Source: Candidatus Eiseniibacteriota bacterium (GTDB lineage: Bacteria; Eisenbacteria; RBG-16-71-46; CAZAMP01). From it: a DNA stretch of 64,000 bases. The stretch covers positions 3,328,001-3,392,000 of the forward strand of contig OZ245046.1 of NCBI GenBank assembly GCA_965224245.1, in the 5' to 3' direction. Shown in pieces: positions 19,782 to 28,926 of the stretch; the first letter of the stretch is position 1, and each line of letters begins with the position of its first letter. The notes under the pieces were generated by a model, which worked only from the letters and a program-made list of their open reading frames with translations, was not told the origin of the DNA and ran no database searches. Made by a program: the position numbers and the translations under genes.

Positions 19782-20635
19782 CAGAGGGCCACGAGGATGA
19801 TCGTCGCAACCCCGATGGCCACGATGCCCTCGATCCAGGCCGCGTTCAGGTTGCGGTCGACGGCGATCTCGTGCGCGATCGTCGACCGGGGCAGGAACAC
19901 ACCGTCCGCGACGCGCCGGAGCACCGAGAGGACGACGAACCCGATGCCCGCGTTCCAGGCGAACGCGGTCAGGTTCGTCGGCCAGTCGACGAAGTCGCCG
20001 GCGGTCGCCTTCAGCAGGATGATGCCGACCGCGACCAGGCTCATGCCGAGGGCCACGCCCGCGGCCACGTTGTCGCGCTCGATCTCGGCGTGGATGTCGT
20101 ACCGGGTCACGAGCTGATAGACGCGGGCGAAGAGCGCGAGCGCGAGCTGTCCCAGCACGAAGAACGCGAGCGCCGTGAGCGGTCCTCCTCCGGTCCCGGT
20201 GATGGATCCGGCCAGGACGAGCGCGGTCGCCACGTAGGCTCCGGCCTCGACGGCCCCGGTCCCGACGTTCCGGTCCTCGACGATCTCGCGCGAGGTGCTG
20301 AAGCCAGGTAGCATCAACCGGTCCACGAGAAAGCGACTCACGTTGAGAAGCGCGACGCCGCCCAGCGCGTAGCCGACGTCGCGGGCCAGCGACGTGCCGA
20401 GCTCTCGCCCCAGGATCGTGTCGCCCAGGTCGGGTCCCCAGATCGCGCCGACGTACACGATGATCACACCGGCGAAGTAGCCGGTGAGCGTGAGACCCAG
20501 CGCGGGGTTGTCCTTGACCGTGAGCTCCTCGTCGAGTCGATAGGGCGTGGTCAGATCGTTCACGAGCTTCGCGATGAGCAGCACCACGAGGCCGCCCAGC
20601 ACGTATACCACTCCGGACGCGGCGTCCTGCCACAT
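19781..20635 (-). CDS. DUF350 (YjfL-like) membrane protein, tandem domains
   Basis: Repeated E(L/I)...N.A.G/A units (EELTVKDNPALG, EIVEDRNVGTG, EIERDNVAAG, EIAVDRNLNAA) between TM helices. Confidence 0.85.
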   Translation of the reverse strand: MWQDAASGVVYVLGGLVVLLIAKLVNDLTTPYRLDEELTVKDNPALGLTLTGYFAGVIIVYVGAIWGPDLGDTILGRELGTSLARDVGYALGGVALLNVSRFLVDRLMLPGFSTSREIVEDRNVGTGAVEAGAYVATALVLAGSITGTGGGPLTALAFFVLGQLALALFARVYQLVTRYDIHAEIERDNVAAGVALGMSLVAVGIILLKATAGDFVDWPTNLTAFAWNAGIGFVVLSVLRRVADGVFLPRSTIAHEIAVDRNLNAAWIEGIVAIGVATIILVAL

Positions 20636-20638
20636 GTG

Positions 20639-22075
20639 TCACTTCCCCCCGCCGAATCGGCTTCCCGAGCGTCCGCCTCGCGACGTGCCGCGCCCACCGG
20701 AGCCCGAGGCGTATCGGCTGCCGCGGTAGCTGCCTCCCGAGCGCTTGTAGCGCGACGACGCGTAGCCGCCGGACTTCACGTAGCGGCTGCCCGCGTACCG
20801 CGAGGACGTGTACCGCCCCTTGCTCCCGTAGGTCGGGCGACCCGAGTCGTCGCGTCCGTAGAACGTGCGCCCGGCCCGGCGCGAGGTGTCGTAGTCGCGC
20901 CAGTGACCGGTCGAGATGGGGCGGTATCCTCCGACGCCCCAGAACAGGTCGCGCATGAGCGCGTACTGGCCGTACCAGACCCAGAAGCTCCCGCCGGACG
21001 TCGTGTTCCAGTAGCCGTACTGATTGCGCTTCTCTTCGGGGGGAGCGACGTATCCGAGCCCGGCCGGCTGAACCACGCTCACCGCCTCGTGGTCGAACTC
21101 GCCGGCGGCCTTGCGTTCGAGCGTCATGCCGAGGTGATCCTCGTGCGCGAGGTAGGTCTTCTCGGAGACGGGCACCCAGCTCGTCTCGTGTGCGGTCTCG
21201 TTCGCACGAGACGCCACGTCGGTGATGTGCGTCCTGATCAGGTCGATCCGGTGTCGGAACTGCACCTCGGCGCCTTCGCGGATCTCCATGTCGGTGAGGA
21301 CGCGCTCCCACGACCAGTAGAGCTGATCGACTAGCCCGGGAAGCCCTTCGGTCAGCGCCGTGACCTCCCCGGAAGCCTCGTCGAGTACGGCGGCGGTCGT
21401 GATGAGACGGTCGAAGTCGGGCTGGTCGCCGGCGGCGAGCAGACGCTCCACCTCGTCTCCGGCGGCGAGGCCCCGCGAACGAGCGTCCGAGAGGGCACTC
21501 GTCCGCGCCTCGAGCTCGGCGCGCTTCGCCGGCCAGTCGGACGCGGCCTTCTCGACCGTGCCCGCGATCGACGCGAGGTCCGTGGCGGCGAGCGCGTCGC
21601 GCTCGGATCGGAGGCGGCTCGCGTGGTCGGCGAGGTTCCGCCGGAAGTCGAGGCGCTCGTCCACCACGCGACCGGCCTCGGCCACGTCGGTCATCGCCGC
21701 GGCCCGGAGCGCGCGCACGCGTGCGAGCGCGTCGTCCACCGCCGCCGCGTCGTCCTTCTGGTTGCGCTCGACGAGGTCGGTCGCGCGGCGGAGCTCGGTC
21801 TCTGCCTCGTCGAGCCGTTCCCGCGCGGCATCGAGCCGCCCGGAGACGGACGCGCCCACCGTCGCGGGTGGGAACAGCTCCGGATCGCTCTCGAGCGCCG
21901 AACGTGCATCGGCGTCGGAGCGCGCGAACTCGGCGGTCGCGTCGTCGAGATTGGCCTCTTCGGCGGACACCGCGGCGCGCGTGGCCTTGGGAAGTCCGCG
22001 CTCGCCGGTGACGGCGACGAGCACCATGACGACGGCGACGATGGCGATCAGGTATCCCAGGGTTCGTCTTTGCAT
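20639..22075 (-). CDS. Membrane-anchored coiled-coil protein with G/S/R/Y-rich low-complexity tail (PspA-operon associated)
   Basis: N-terminal TM, long helical region, YGYW...SFWVWYGQYALM motif, C-terminal SSRY/GSRY repeats ending RFGGGK. Confidence 0.75.
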   Translation of the reverse strand: MQRRTLGYLIAIVAVVMVLVAVTGERGLPKATRAAVSAEEANLDDATAEFARSDADARSALESDPELFPPATVGASVSGRLDAARERLDEAETELRRATDLVERNQKDDAAAVDDALARVRALRAAAMTDVAEAGRVVDERLDFRRNLADHASRLRSERDALAATDLASIAGTVEKAASDWPAKRAELEARTSALSDARSRGLAAGDEVERLLAAGDQPDFDRLITTAAVLDEASGEVTALTEGLPGLVDQLYWSWERVLTDMEIREGAEVQFRHRIDLIRTHITDVASRANETAHETSWVPVSEKTYLAHEDHLGMTLERKAAGEFDHEAVSVVQPAGLGYVAPPEEKRNQYGYWNTTSGGSFWVWYGQYALMRDLFWGVGGYRPISTGHWRDYDTSRRAGRTFYGRDDSGRPTYGSKGRYTSSRYAGSRYVKSGGYASSRYKRSGGSYRGSRYASGSGGRGTSRGGRSGSRFGGGK

Positions 22076-22105
22076 CGTCGGCTCTCGCGTGTAGGAGAAT
22101 GGTCG

Positions 22106-22729
22106 TCAGCGGCGAAAGACACGAACGTCGCCCTCGCGGACCACGTCGGCGACGTGGACCTGAAACGGCTCGCCCTCCCACTTCTCGACCGAGAGCCGGC
22201 GCCCGTCGTCGCCCCTGAAGTCCCAGCCGTAGTAGCCTTCGCCGGCTCCGCGCTCGTTGGCGAAGAAGCCGACCTCGCCGCTCTCGTGATAGTGCCAGCG
22301 CCGTCCATCCCAGTCGAAGGAATTGGACTCGCGCTCTTCCTCGTCCATCCGGATGAGGGTCTCCTCGTCCAGCCCGACGTCGTCGAGCGAGCGCGGAGAC
22401 GGGTCGCGCACGACGGTGATCTCGAGATCGTCGTCCTCGACGAACTCCACGTGCACGCGGCGTCCGCGATACTCACCGGAGACCTCATACCAGCTCTCAC
22501 CGCCGGCCTCGTACCGGTGGCGGCGATCCACCACGAAGTCGAGGTCGTCGAAGTCGTCGCCGAGCCCGACGATCGAGACCGTGTCCCCGATGCGCGCATC
22601 GGGAAGCCTCACGTCCGTCAGGTCGGCGACGCTCCGCTCGGGCCGGGCCTTCGGCCGTCGTCGAAACATCGCCACCACCAATCCGATCAAGATGACACCC
22701 AGCACCGCGAGGACGAGCAGTCGGAACAT
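22106..22729 (-). CDS. DUF4178 (YjfK-like) protein with N-terminal TM
   Basis: RIGDTV..., RHRYEAGGESWYE, YYGWDF...LSVEKWEG; position within the PspA operon. Confidence 0.7.
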   Translation of the reverse strand: MFRLLVLAVLGVILIGLVVAMFRRRPKARPERSVADLTDVRLPDARIGDTVSIVGLGDDFDDLDFVVDRRHRYEAGGESWYEVSGEYRGRRVHVEFVEDDDLEITVVRDPSPRSLDDVGLDEETLIRMDEEERESNSFDWDGRRWHYHESGEVGFFANERGAGEGYYGWDFRGDDGRRLSVEKWEGEPFQVHVADVVREGDVRVFRR

Positions 22730-22744
22730 CTCGCGCCTCGCCGG

Positions 22745-23437
22745 TTACTTGTCGCCTTCGAGTTCCTTCTTGAGTTCGGCCAGCTCGTCGTCGACGCTGC
22801 CACCCTCCAGGGCCTGGAACTCCTCCTCCAGCGACTTCGACTCATCCACGCCGAGCGATTCGAACGCCTGCGCGGTAGCCTCTTCGCGAGCCACGGACTC
22901 CTCGAAGGTGGCCAGCGCGGCGAACGCGTTGTCGGCCTCTCCGACCCCGCTCATGGCCTCGGCCACCTTGCGCTGGGCCTTGGCGGCGTTCTTGCGGGCG
23001 ATGAGCGTGCTCGCGTTGCGCTCGGCCTCGTGGATCTTCTGCTTGAGCTCGTCGACCTGGCTCTTGAGCCGCTCGCTGGCCGCACGGGCTTGGGTCACGG
23101 AGGTCTCCATGCTCGTCACCAGACGATCGCAGTCGGCCTTCTTGGCCAGCGCCTTCTTGGCCAGGTCCTCGTTGCCGGCCTCCAGCGCCTTCCTCGCTCG
23201 CTCCTTCCAGTCGGCGCTCTGCCGCACGTATTTCTGGTACTCGGCTTCGAGCCGGTTGTGGTTGCTCATGGCCTCGGCCGATGCGCGCACCACGCGATTC
23301 AGCTCGGTCTTCATGTCACGAACCGTCTGCTGGATGGTCGACTCGAACGTCGCGTCTTCCACCTTCGACATCCCCTTGTTGGCCTGGCCCCGAGCGACGC
23401 GGCCGGCGCGACCGAACAGATTGGAGAAGAACCCCAT
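22745..23437 (-). CDS. pspA: PspA/IM30 (ESCRT-III-like) family protein
   Basis: GGAGG RBS before MGFFSNLFG; coiled coil with W...A..AL..GNEDLAKKALAKK; VDDELAELKKEL C-terminus. Confidence 0.92.
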   Translation of the reverse strand: MGFFSNLFGRAGRVARGQANKGMSKVEDATFESTIQQTVRDMKTELNRVVRASAEAMSNHNRLEAEYQKYVRQSADWKERARKALEAGNEDLAKKALAKKADCDRLVTSMETSVTQARAASERLKSQVDELKQKIHEAERNASTLIARKNAAKAQRKVAEAMSGVGEADNAFAALATFEESVAREEATAQAFESLGVDESKSLEEEFQALEGGSVDDELAELKKELEGDK

Positions 23438-23454
23438 GTCGTCACCTCCCTTCT

Positions 23455-24096
23455 CTAGCTCACGAGCGCGCCGAGCAGCTCGTGCGCCGCGACGACGTCG
23501 ATGACCAGGAACTCGAGACACGACGCGATGTCGTCGCAGTCGTCGTCACCCATGGCCTGGAGCTTGCAAAAGTTGTTGAGCGTGATCGCGACCCGGCCGT
23601 CGTCGCGCGTGTAGAGCTGGAACGCGGAGGTCGAGATGCCGTTGTCCGCGGTGAGCATCTTGCGCATCAGATCGGGCGTGATCGACGCCTCGGGAACCAC
23701 CAGAAGCGACACCGTGCAGTACAGGACGTTGTCCTGAAGCACCGTGTGCATCACGATCCCGCTCTCGGGATCCTTCACGTTCAACAGGTTCGGATTGACG
23801 ACCTTGACGTCGTAGCCCTCCTGTCCGAGGAACGCGTGGATGTCATCGACGGAAACGCGATCCGCCACGTCGGTTTCCTTGACCACGGGGATACTCCTTT
23901 CTGCGACCGACAACACCAGAGCCGTGTTGGCCTCGATCCACTCCTCCAGGTCCGACTGCCGGGCCCGCCAGGCGTTGCCGACCTTGAACAGGAAGTCCAG
24001 GCGCCCGCGCGAGGCCAGATAGTAGAACTTGGCCTTCGTGATCCGGAGGTAGTCGCAGATCTCCTCCGGGACTAGGATGTGGTCGTCTCCAACCAT
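23455..24096 (-). CDS. Excisionase-type HTH (HTH_17) fused to a YbjN/YjfI/CesT-like chaperone domain
   Basis: LVPEEICDYLRITKAKFYYLASRGRL..FKVGNAWRARQSDLEEWI, then an alpha/beta domain (VLYCTVSLL...LMRKMLTADN); GGGAG RBS. Confidence 0.75.
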   Translation of the reverse strand: MVGDDHILVPEEICDYLRITKAKFYYLASRGRLDFLFKVGNAWRARQSDLEEWIEANTALVLSVAERSIPVVKETDVADRVSVDDIHAFLGQEGYDVKVVNPNLLNVKDPESGIVMHTVLQDNVLYCTVSLLVVPEASITPDLMRKMLTADNGISTSAFQLYTRDDGRVAITLNNFCKLQAMGDDDCDDIASCLEFLVIDVVAAHELLGALVS

Positions 24097-24340
24097 CGTT
24101 GACTTCTCCCTACTTTCGAAGTATTCGTAATGTATCACGATTGGTTTCAATTCATGCTGTTTTTTCTCGATGACTCGAACCCGGTTCGGGCCGAGTGCAT
24201 TCAGCATTCGAGATGTTCCAACCGTGGTCGCGGCCGGCGGGAGGCTTGAGTTCCCCCGGCGCGCTCTCGATGTTAGGAGTGACGCGGGCGCGTCTGACCG
24301 ACGGGGTCCATCAGGGCTCCCGTCATCGAAGGGGTGATCG

Positions 24341-26116
24341 ATGAAGCGTGTCGTGGTGACGATTCTGGCGGTTCTCGGGGGGCTGGCGCTCATCGCTGCC
24401 GCCGTCGGGCTGGCGACGCTCGGCGCCGCCGCTCTGCGCCGCTCCGGTGGTGGAATCTCCGAGCACACGGTACTCGTGCTGGATCTCACCCGGCCGGTCG
24501 TGGAGGACGTCCCCGACGATCCCATTGCGAGGATCACGCTCCGCCACCGCATGGTCCTCCGGGACGTCGTCGACGCCCTCGTCCGAGGCGCCGACGACGA
24601 CCGTGTGGACGGCCTCGTGGTGCGCGCCGAGGGACCGATCGGCAGCCTCGCGATCGCCGAGGAGATCCGGGATGCGATCGCGCACTTTCGCGAGAGCGGC
24701 AAGTTCGCCGTCGCGTGGGCCCAGACGTTCGGTGAGGCGCGTGCCGGGCATGCGCCGTACTTCGTCGCGACCGCCTGCGAGGAGATCACGATGTTGCCGG
24801 CGGGCGATCTCGGGCTCGTGGGCCTGTCGGTCGAGCACCCCTTCGTTCGCGGCGCGTTCGACAAGCTCGACGTGGTGCCCGACATGGACCGGCGGTACGA
24901 GTACAAGAACGCGATGAACCTCTATACCGAGACCGAGTTCACCGATGCCCACCGCGAGGCCACGACGGCCATCCTCTCGTCGGCGTTTCAGGTGATCGTC
25001 GACGCGATCGCCGGGGCCCGCGACATGACGCCCGAGGCGGTTCGCGCGGTGTGCGATCGTGGGCCACTGCTCGGCGCCGAGGCCGTCGAAGCCGGGCTCG
25101 TCGATCGGCTCGCGTACCGCGACGAGGTGTACGACGCGATCGAGACCCGGATCGGGTCGGAAGCTGCGTTCATCCCGGTCACCGACTACCTCCGCCGCGC
25201 CGGGAGCGCGTTCCGCAAGGGCGAGACCATTGCCCTGATCTACGGTGTCGGACAGATCCACCGGGGTCCGAGCACCTTCAACCCGGCCACGAGTCGCTTC
25301 GTCATGGGCGCCGACACGGTGGCCGAGGCGTTTCGGGCCGCCGTGGACGATCCCCACGTCCGCGCCATCGTGTTCCGCGTCGACTGCCCGGGCGGCTCCT
25401 ACGTGGCGTCCGACGCGGTGTGGCGCGAGGTCGTCGAGGCCCGTGACGCCGGCAAGCCGGTCGTCGTGTCGATGGGCGGCGTGGCGGCGTCCGGCGGCTA
25501 CTTCGTGGCCACCCACGCCGATCGGATCGTCGCGCACCCCACGACGCTGACCTGCTCGATCGGCGTGCTCGGGGGCAAGCTCGTCACGCGTGGCCTCTTC
25601 GAGAAGCTCGGTCTGACCTGGGACATCGCCACCACGAGCGCCAACGCGACCATGTGGTCGGACAAGGAGCCGTTCGGCGCCACCGGCCGGGAGCGGCTCG
25701 AGGCGTGGCTGGATCGGGTGTACAGCGACTTCACCGGCCGGGTGGCCGAGGGTCGAGAGATGCCGATCGAGCGGGTCCGGGAACACGCGCGCGGACGCGT
25801 GTGGACCGGTGCCGAGGCCCGCACATTCGGGTTCGTGGACGAGTTCGGCGGCTACCTGACCGCGCTCGCCCAGGCCAAGGAGCTGGCCGGTCTGAACGCG
25901 GAGGCCCAGGTCCGCGTCGAGACGTTCCCCAGGAAGCACTCGCTCCTGCAGGCGGTTCTCGGCCGCGGAGACGAGGGCGCGGCGGCCGTCGCGAGTGTCT
26001 CGATCGAGCGTGCGCTCGCGCCGTTGCATCCGACGCTGGCCGCCCTGGCCGCGCTGGGGCTCGTCGGTGATGCGGCCGAGAGCGCGCTCCTCGCCCCGAT
26101 ACCGGACGTCCGTTGA
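24341..26116 (+). CDS. sppA: Signal peptide peptidase SppA (protease IV, 67 kDa type)
   Basis: EYKNA, RVDCPGGS, KPVVVSMGGVAASGGY, TCSIGV, GRVWTG. Confidence 0.93.
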   Translation: MKRVVVTILAVLGGLALIAAAVGLATLGAAALRRSGGGISEHTVLVLDLTRPVVEDVPDDPIARITLRHRMVLRDVVDALVRGADDDRVDGLVVRAEGPIGSLAIAEEIRDAIAHFRESGKFAVAWAQTFGEARAGHAPYFVATACEEITMLPAGDLGLVGLSVEHPFVRGAFDKLDVVPDMDRRYEYKNAMNLYTETEFTDAHREATTAILSSAFQVIVDAIAGARDMTPEAVRAVCDRGPLLGAEAVEAGLVDRLAYRDEVYDAIETRIGSEAAFIPVTDYLRRAGSAFRKGETIALIYGVGQIHRGPSTFNPATSRFVMGADTVAEAFRAAVDDPHVRAIVFRVDCPGGSYVASDAVWREVVEARDAGKPVVVSMGGVAASGGYFVATHADRIVAHPTTLTCSIGVLGGKLVTRGLFEKLGLTWDIATTSANATMWSDKEPFGATGRERLEAWLDRVYSDFTGRVAEGREMPIERVREHARGRVWTGAEARTFGFVDEFGGYLTALAQAKELAGLNAEAQVRVETFPRKHSLLQAVLGRGDEGAAAVASVSIERALAPLHPTLAALAALGLVGDAAESALLAPIPDVR

Positions 26117-26135
26117 TCCGACCGGGGCGCCCGGA

Positions 26136-27362
26136 TCAGCCGCCGAAGACGCCCCGGAACCAGGCCTTCATCCCCTTCGCGGCCACCGCACGGTCGGACA
26201 CGATGGGAACGTTGGTCAGGAACTCGCCTCGATAGGTCACGACCGCGTTCCCGACCGGGCTCCCCGTGACGAGGGGGGCGCGGAGCGGATCGCGAATCTC
26301 GGTCGTGACCACGAGCTCGTCGCGGTGGAGGGTCGGAACCAGCACCCGAACGTCGCGCGACGCCAGCGGCGCGATCGTCGCGGCCTGGCTCTGCTCGACG
26401 ACCACCGGCTCGTCGGAGATCGCCTCACCCTTGGTCGCCACGGCCACGAGGCGGCACTCGTTGAACGCTCGGGAGAGGATGCGGGCCGTGATCGCGGCAC
26501 ACTCGCTTCGGGACTCGGCGCCCATGACCACCGAGACGTAGCGGGTGCCCTTGCGTTCGGCGGTCGCGCAGAGGTTGTATCCGGCGCGCTCGGTGTAGCC
26601 GGTCTTGATGCCGTCCATGCCCGAGAACCGCCCGATCAGCGTGTTGGTGTTCTCGAGGATGAACTCGCCGCCGCGAAACGGCGCCCGCTCCTTCGACGAC
26701 CACTCGAGGATGTGCGCATGGGCCAGGAGTGCCCGGCCGAGGGCCACGACGTCGCGCGCCGTGGTCACGTTCAGCCGCTCCGGATCGTCGTCCAGCCCGT
26801 GAACGTTGACGTAGTGTGTCCTCGACATGCCGAGGTCCTCGGCGCGCCGGTTCATCATGTCCACGAAGACGTCGGTCTGACCGGCCACGTGCTCGGCCAC
26901 GGCGACGCACGCATCGTTCGCGGACGCGATCGCGATGGCCTCCATCATCGCCTCGAGCGGGAACACCTCCCCCTCTCTGAGGAAGACCTGCGAGCCGCCC
27001 ATGCGCGACGCGTGGGCGGACGCGCGAATCTCGTCGTCCAGCGAGAAGTCGCCGCGAGCGACCAGGTCCATCACGAGCAGCTCCAGCATCATCTTGGCCA
27101 GCGACGCCGGCGCGCGTTCGGCGTCGGCGTTCTGCTCGAACAAGACGGAGCCGGTCTCGGCCTCGATCAAGATCGCCGCGGCACAGTCGAGTGGGTCGAA
27201 CTCGAAGCTCTCGCTGGCCACCAGCGTCAACGGGGTCGCGTCCTCGTCGAGCGGTGCCGGGGGCGTGGCGCCGCCGCACCCGAGGCCGACGAGGGCGACG
27301 ACGAGCACCGCGCCCGCCAACGAGCGCGGCGGCGGGGTCGAATGTCGCACTGAACACTCCAT
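26136..27362 (-). CDS. D-alanyl-D-alanine carboxypeptidase (S11, PBP5/6 type), probable lipoprotein
   Basis: PASLAK (SxxK), SAN (SxN), GIKTGYT (KTG); lipobox-like LGC; start uncertain. Confidence 0.92.
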   Translation of the reverse strand: MECSVRHSTPPPRSLAGAVLVVALVGLGCGGATPPAPLDEDATPLTLVASESFEFDPLDCAAAILIEAETGSVLFEQNADAERAPASLAKMMLELLVMDLVARGDFSLDDEIRASAHASRMGGSQVFLREGEVFPLEAMMEAIAIASANDACVAVAEHVAGQTDVFVDMMNRRAEDLGMSRTHYVNVHGLDDDPERLNVTTARDVVALGRALLAHAHILEWSSKERAPFRGGEFILENTNTLIGRFSGMDGIKTGYTERAGYNLCATAERKGTRYVSVVMGAESRSECAAITARILSRAFNECRLVAVATKGEAISDEPVVVEQSQAATIAPLASRDVRVLVPTLHRDELVVTTEIRDPLRAPLVTGSPVGNAVVTYRGEFLTNVPIVSDRAVAAKGMKAWFRGVFGG

Positions 27363-27474
27363 GTTCTCGTGGGAAGTCCGGAAGGTCTGCTAGTGTTCGC
27401 GGCGCGAGCGACGCCACGATCGTCCCCCGAGACGGCCTGGGGACGAGCCTCGCATTCTACAGGAGGTCACGCGC

Positions 27475-28215
27475 ATGTGCGTCCATCGATCTCGATCGTC
27501 GGCGGCTCCGGCACGGGGGCTCGTCGCCTCGGTGCTCCTGGTCGCGAGCGCGCTCCCGGCCGCGACCGCCGCGACCGCCGCCTCGGCGGAGGGCCTCGTC
27601 ATCGTTCACCATTCCCGCGGACCGCGCTGGGACATCGAGGCCGGATTCCGTGATCAGCCCGGGATCCGTGACCACGTTCGGTACTACGAGACCCTCGACG
27701 CCGACGGGCGGATCCTGATGGGCGGTCCGTTCCTGGACGACTCGGGCGGCATGATGATCCTCAGGGCCCGGGACTCCCTGGACACGATTCGCGGGATCGC
27801 GATGTCCGATCCGGCAGTCGAGGCCGGGGTTCTGGGGATGCGGGTCCTGTCGATCTCGCACCCCGTTCGGGCCGCCGATCCGGTTCGCGTCGAGCAGTCG
27901 AAGCCCGACATCCGCGTCGTCGCGTGGCTCTCGCCCGGCGAGGGCTGGTCGCCGGACACCCCGCGCCTGGAGCAGGCCGACATGGACGCCCACGTGGCCT
28001 TCTGTCGACAGCAGATCGAGGCCGGCCACTTCGCCCTGGTGGCTCCCGACGGGGACGATCGCGAGATCATCGTGTTCATGCCCGGCTACACGCCGGATCC
28101 GGCCTCCGAGCTCCTCGCCACCGACCCCGCGATCGCATCCGGCGTCGTCACGGCTGCGACGACCGAGTGGCTGATCGTGTTCAAGCTCGAACGCCCGGAC
28201 GGGTCGGCCGAGTGA
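27475..28215 (+). CDS. Secreted protein with two YCII-related domains
   Basis: AGGAGG RBS; signal peptide; EQPG-like/DHVRYY...GGPFLDDSGGMMIL...DPAV; second copy HVAFC...DPAIASG. Confidence 0.7.
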   Translation: MCVHRSRSSAAPARGLVASVLLVASALPAATAATAASAEGLVIVHHSRGPRWDIEAGFRDQPGIRDHVRYYETLDADGRILMGGPFLDDSGGMMILRARDSLDTIRGIAMSDPAVEAGVLGMRVLSISHPVRAADPVRVEQSKPDIRVVAWLSPGEGWSPDTPRLEQADMDAHVAFCRQQIEAGHFALVAPDGDDREIIVFMPGYTPDPASELLATDPAIASGVVTAATTEWLIVFKLERPDGSAE

Positions 28216-28781
28216 GCCGACCGCTGGGGCGCGGCTTCTTCGCGCGCCCCGCGCTCGTGGTCGCGCGTGAGCTCCTGGGCTGCCGACTCTGCTTCCGGCG
28301 CCCGGACGGCCGCTTCGTCAGCGGCCGCATCGTCGAGACCGAGGCCTACGCTGGCTTCGAGGATCGAGCCTCTCACGGATGGCGCGGCCGCACGGCCCGG
28401 AACGCACCGATGTACGGACCGGCCGGTCACGCGTACGTGTATCTGATCTACGGCATGCACCACTGCATGAACGTCGTCACCGACGAGGTCGACTACCCCG
28501 CCGCGGTGCTCATTCGCGCCCTGGAGCCCGAGCGCGGGCTGGCGGGAACCGACACGTCGGGGCCGGGTCGTCTGTGCCGGGCCTTCGGGCTGGATCGCAC
28601 TCATTCCGGCGCCGATCTGACACGGCCGCCGCTCACCGTGCGCCCGGGGCGCCGGCCACGCATCGTCCGGGCGACGCCGCGCATCGGCGTGGACTACGCG
28701 GGGGAGGCCGCGAGGTGGCCGTGGCGCTTCGTGGACGCCGAGAGCCCGGCGCTCAGCCGCCCGATCCCGCCCCGCGCGTGA
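28212..28781 (+). CDS. DNA-3-methyladenine glycosylase (MPG/AAG family)
   Basis: VARELLG, GRIVETEAY, YVYLIYGMHHCMN, AVLIRALEP, GPGRLC, RIGVDYA; GTGA overlap with the upstream stop. Confidence 0.93.
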   Translation: MSRPLGRGFFARPALVVARELLGCRLCFRRPDGRFVSGRIVETEAYAGFEDRASHGWRGRTARNAPMYGPAGHAYVYLIYGMHHCMNVVTDEVDYPAAVLIRALEPERGLAGTDTSGPGRLCRAFGLDRTHSGADLTRPPLTVRPGRRPRIVRATPRIGVDYAGEAARWPWRFVDAESPALSRPIPPRA

Positions 28782-28926
28782 CCCGCTCGGGGCACCGCAA
28801 ACCCGATCGCCACCCCAGGATCCGGCCCCCCGACTCGGCCGGACCCTCATGGTAGACTGACCCCTCGTCCGTGCACCGGAACGCCCGGCGTCGGTGCCGA
28901 GCTGTGGGTCTGTCGGGGGAGGCATC

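Noticed and set aside
23900-24096. Excisionase-like HTH as evidence of a prophage or ICE
   Set aside because: Fused to a chaperone-like domain and leading a PspA operon; no integrase or phage genes nearby.
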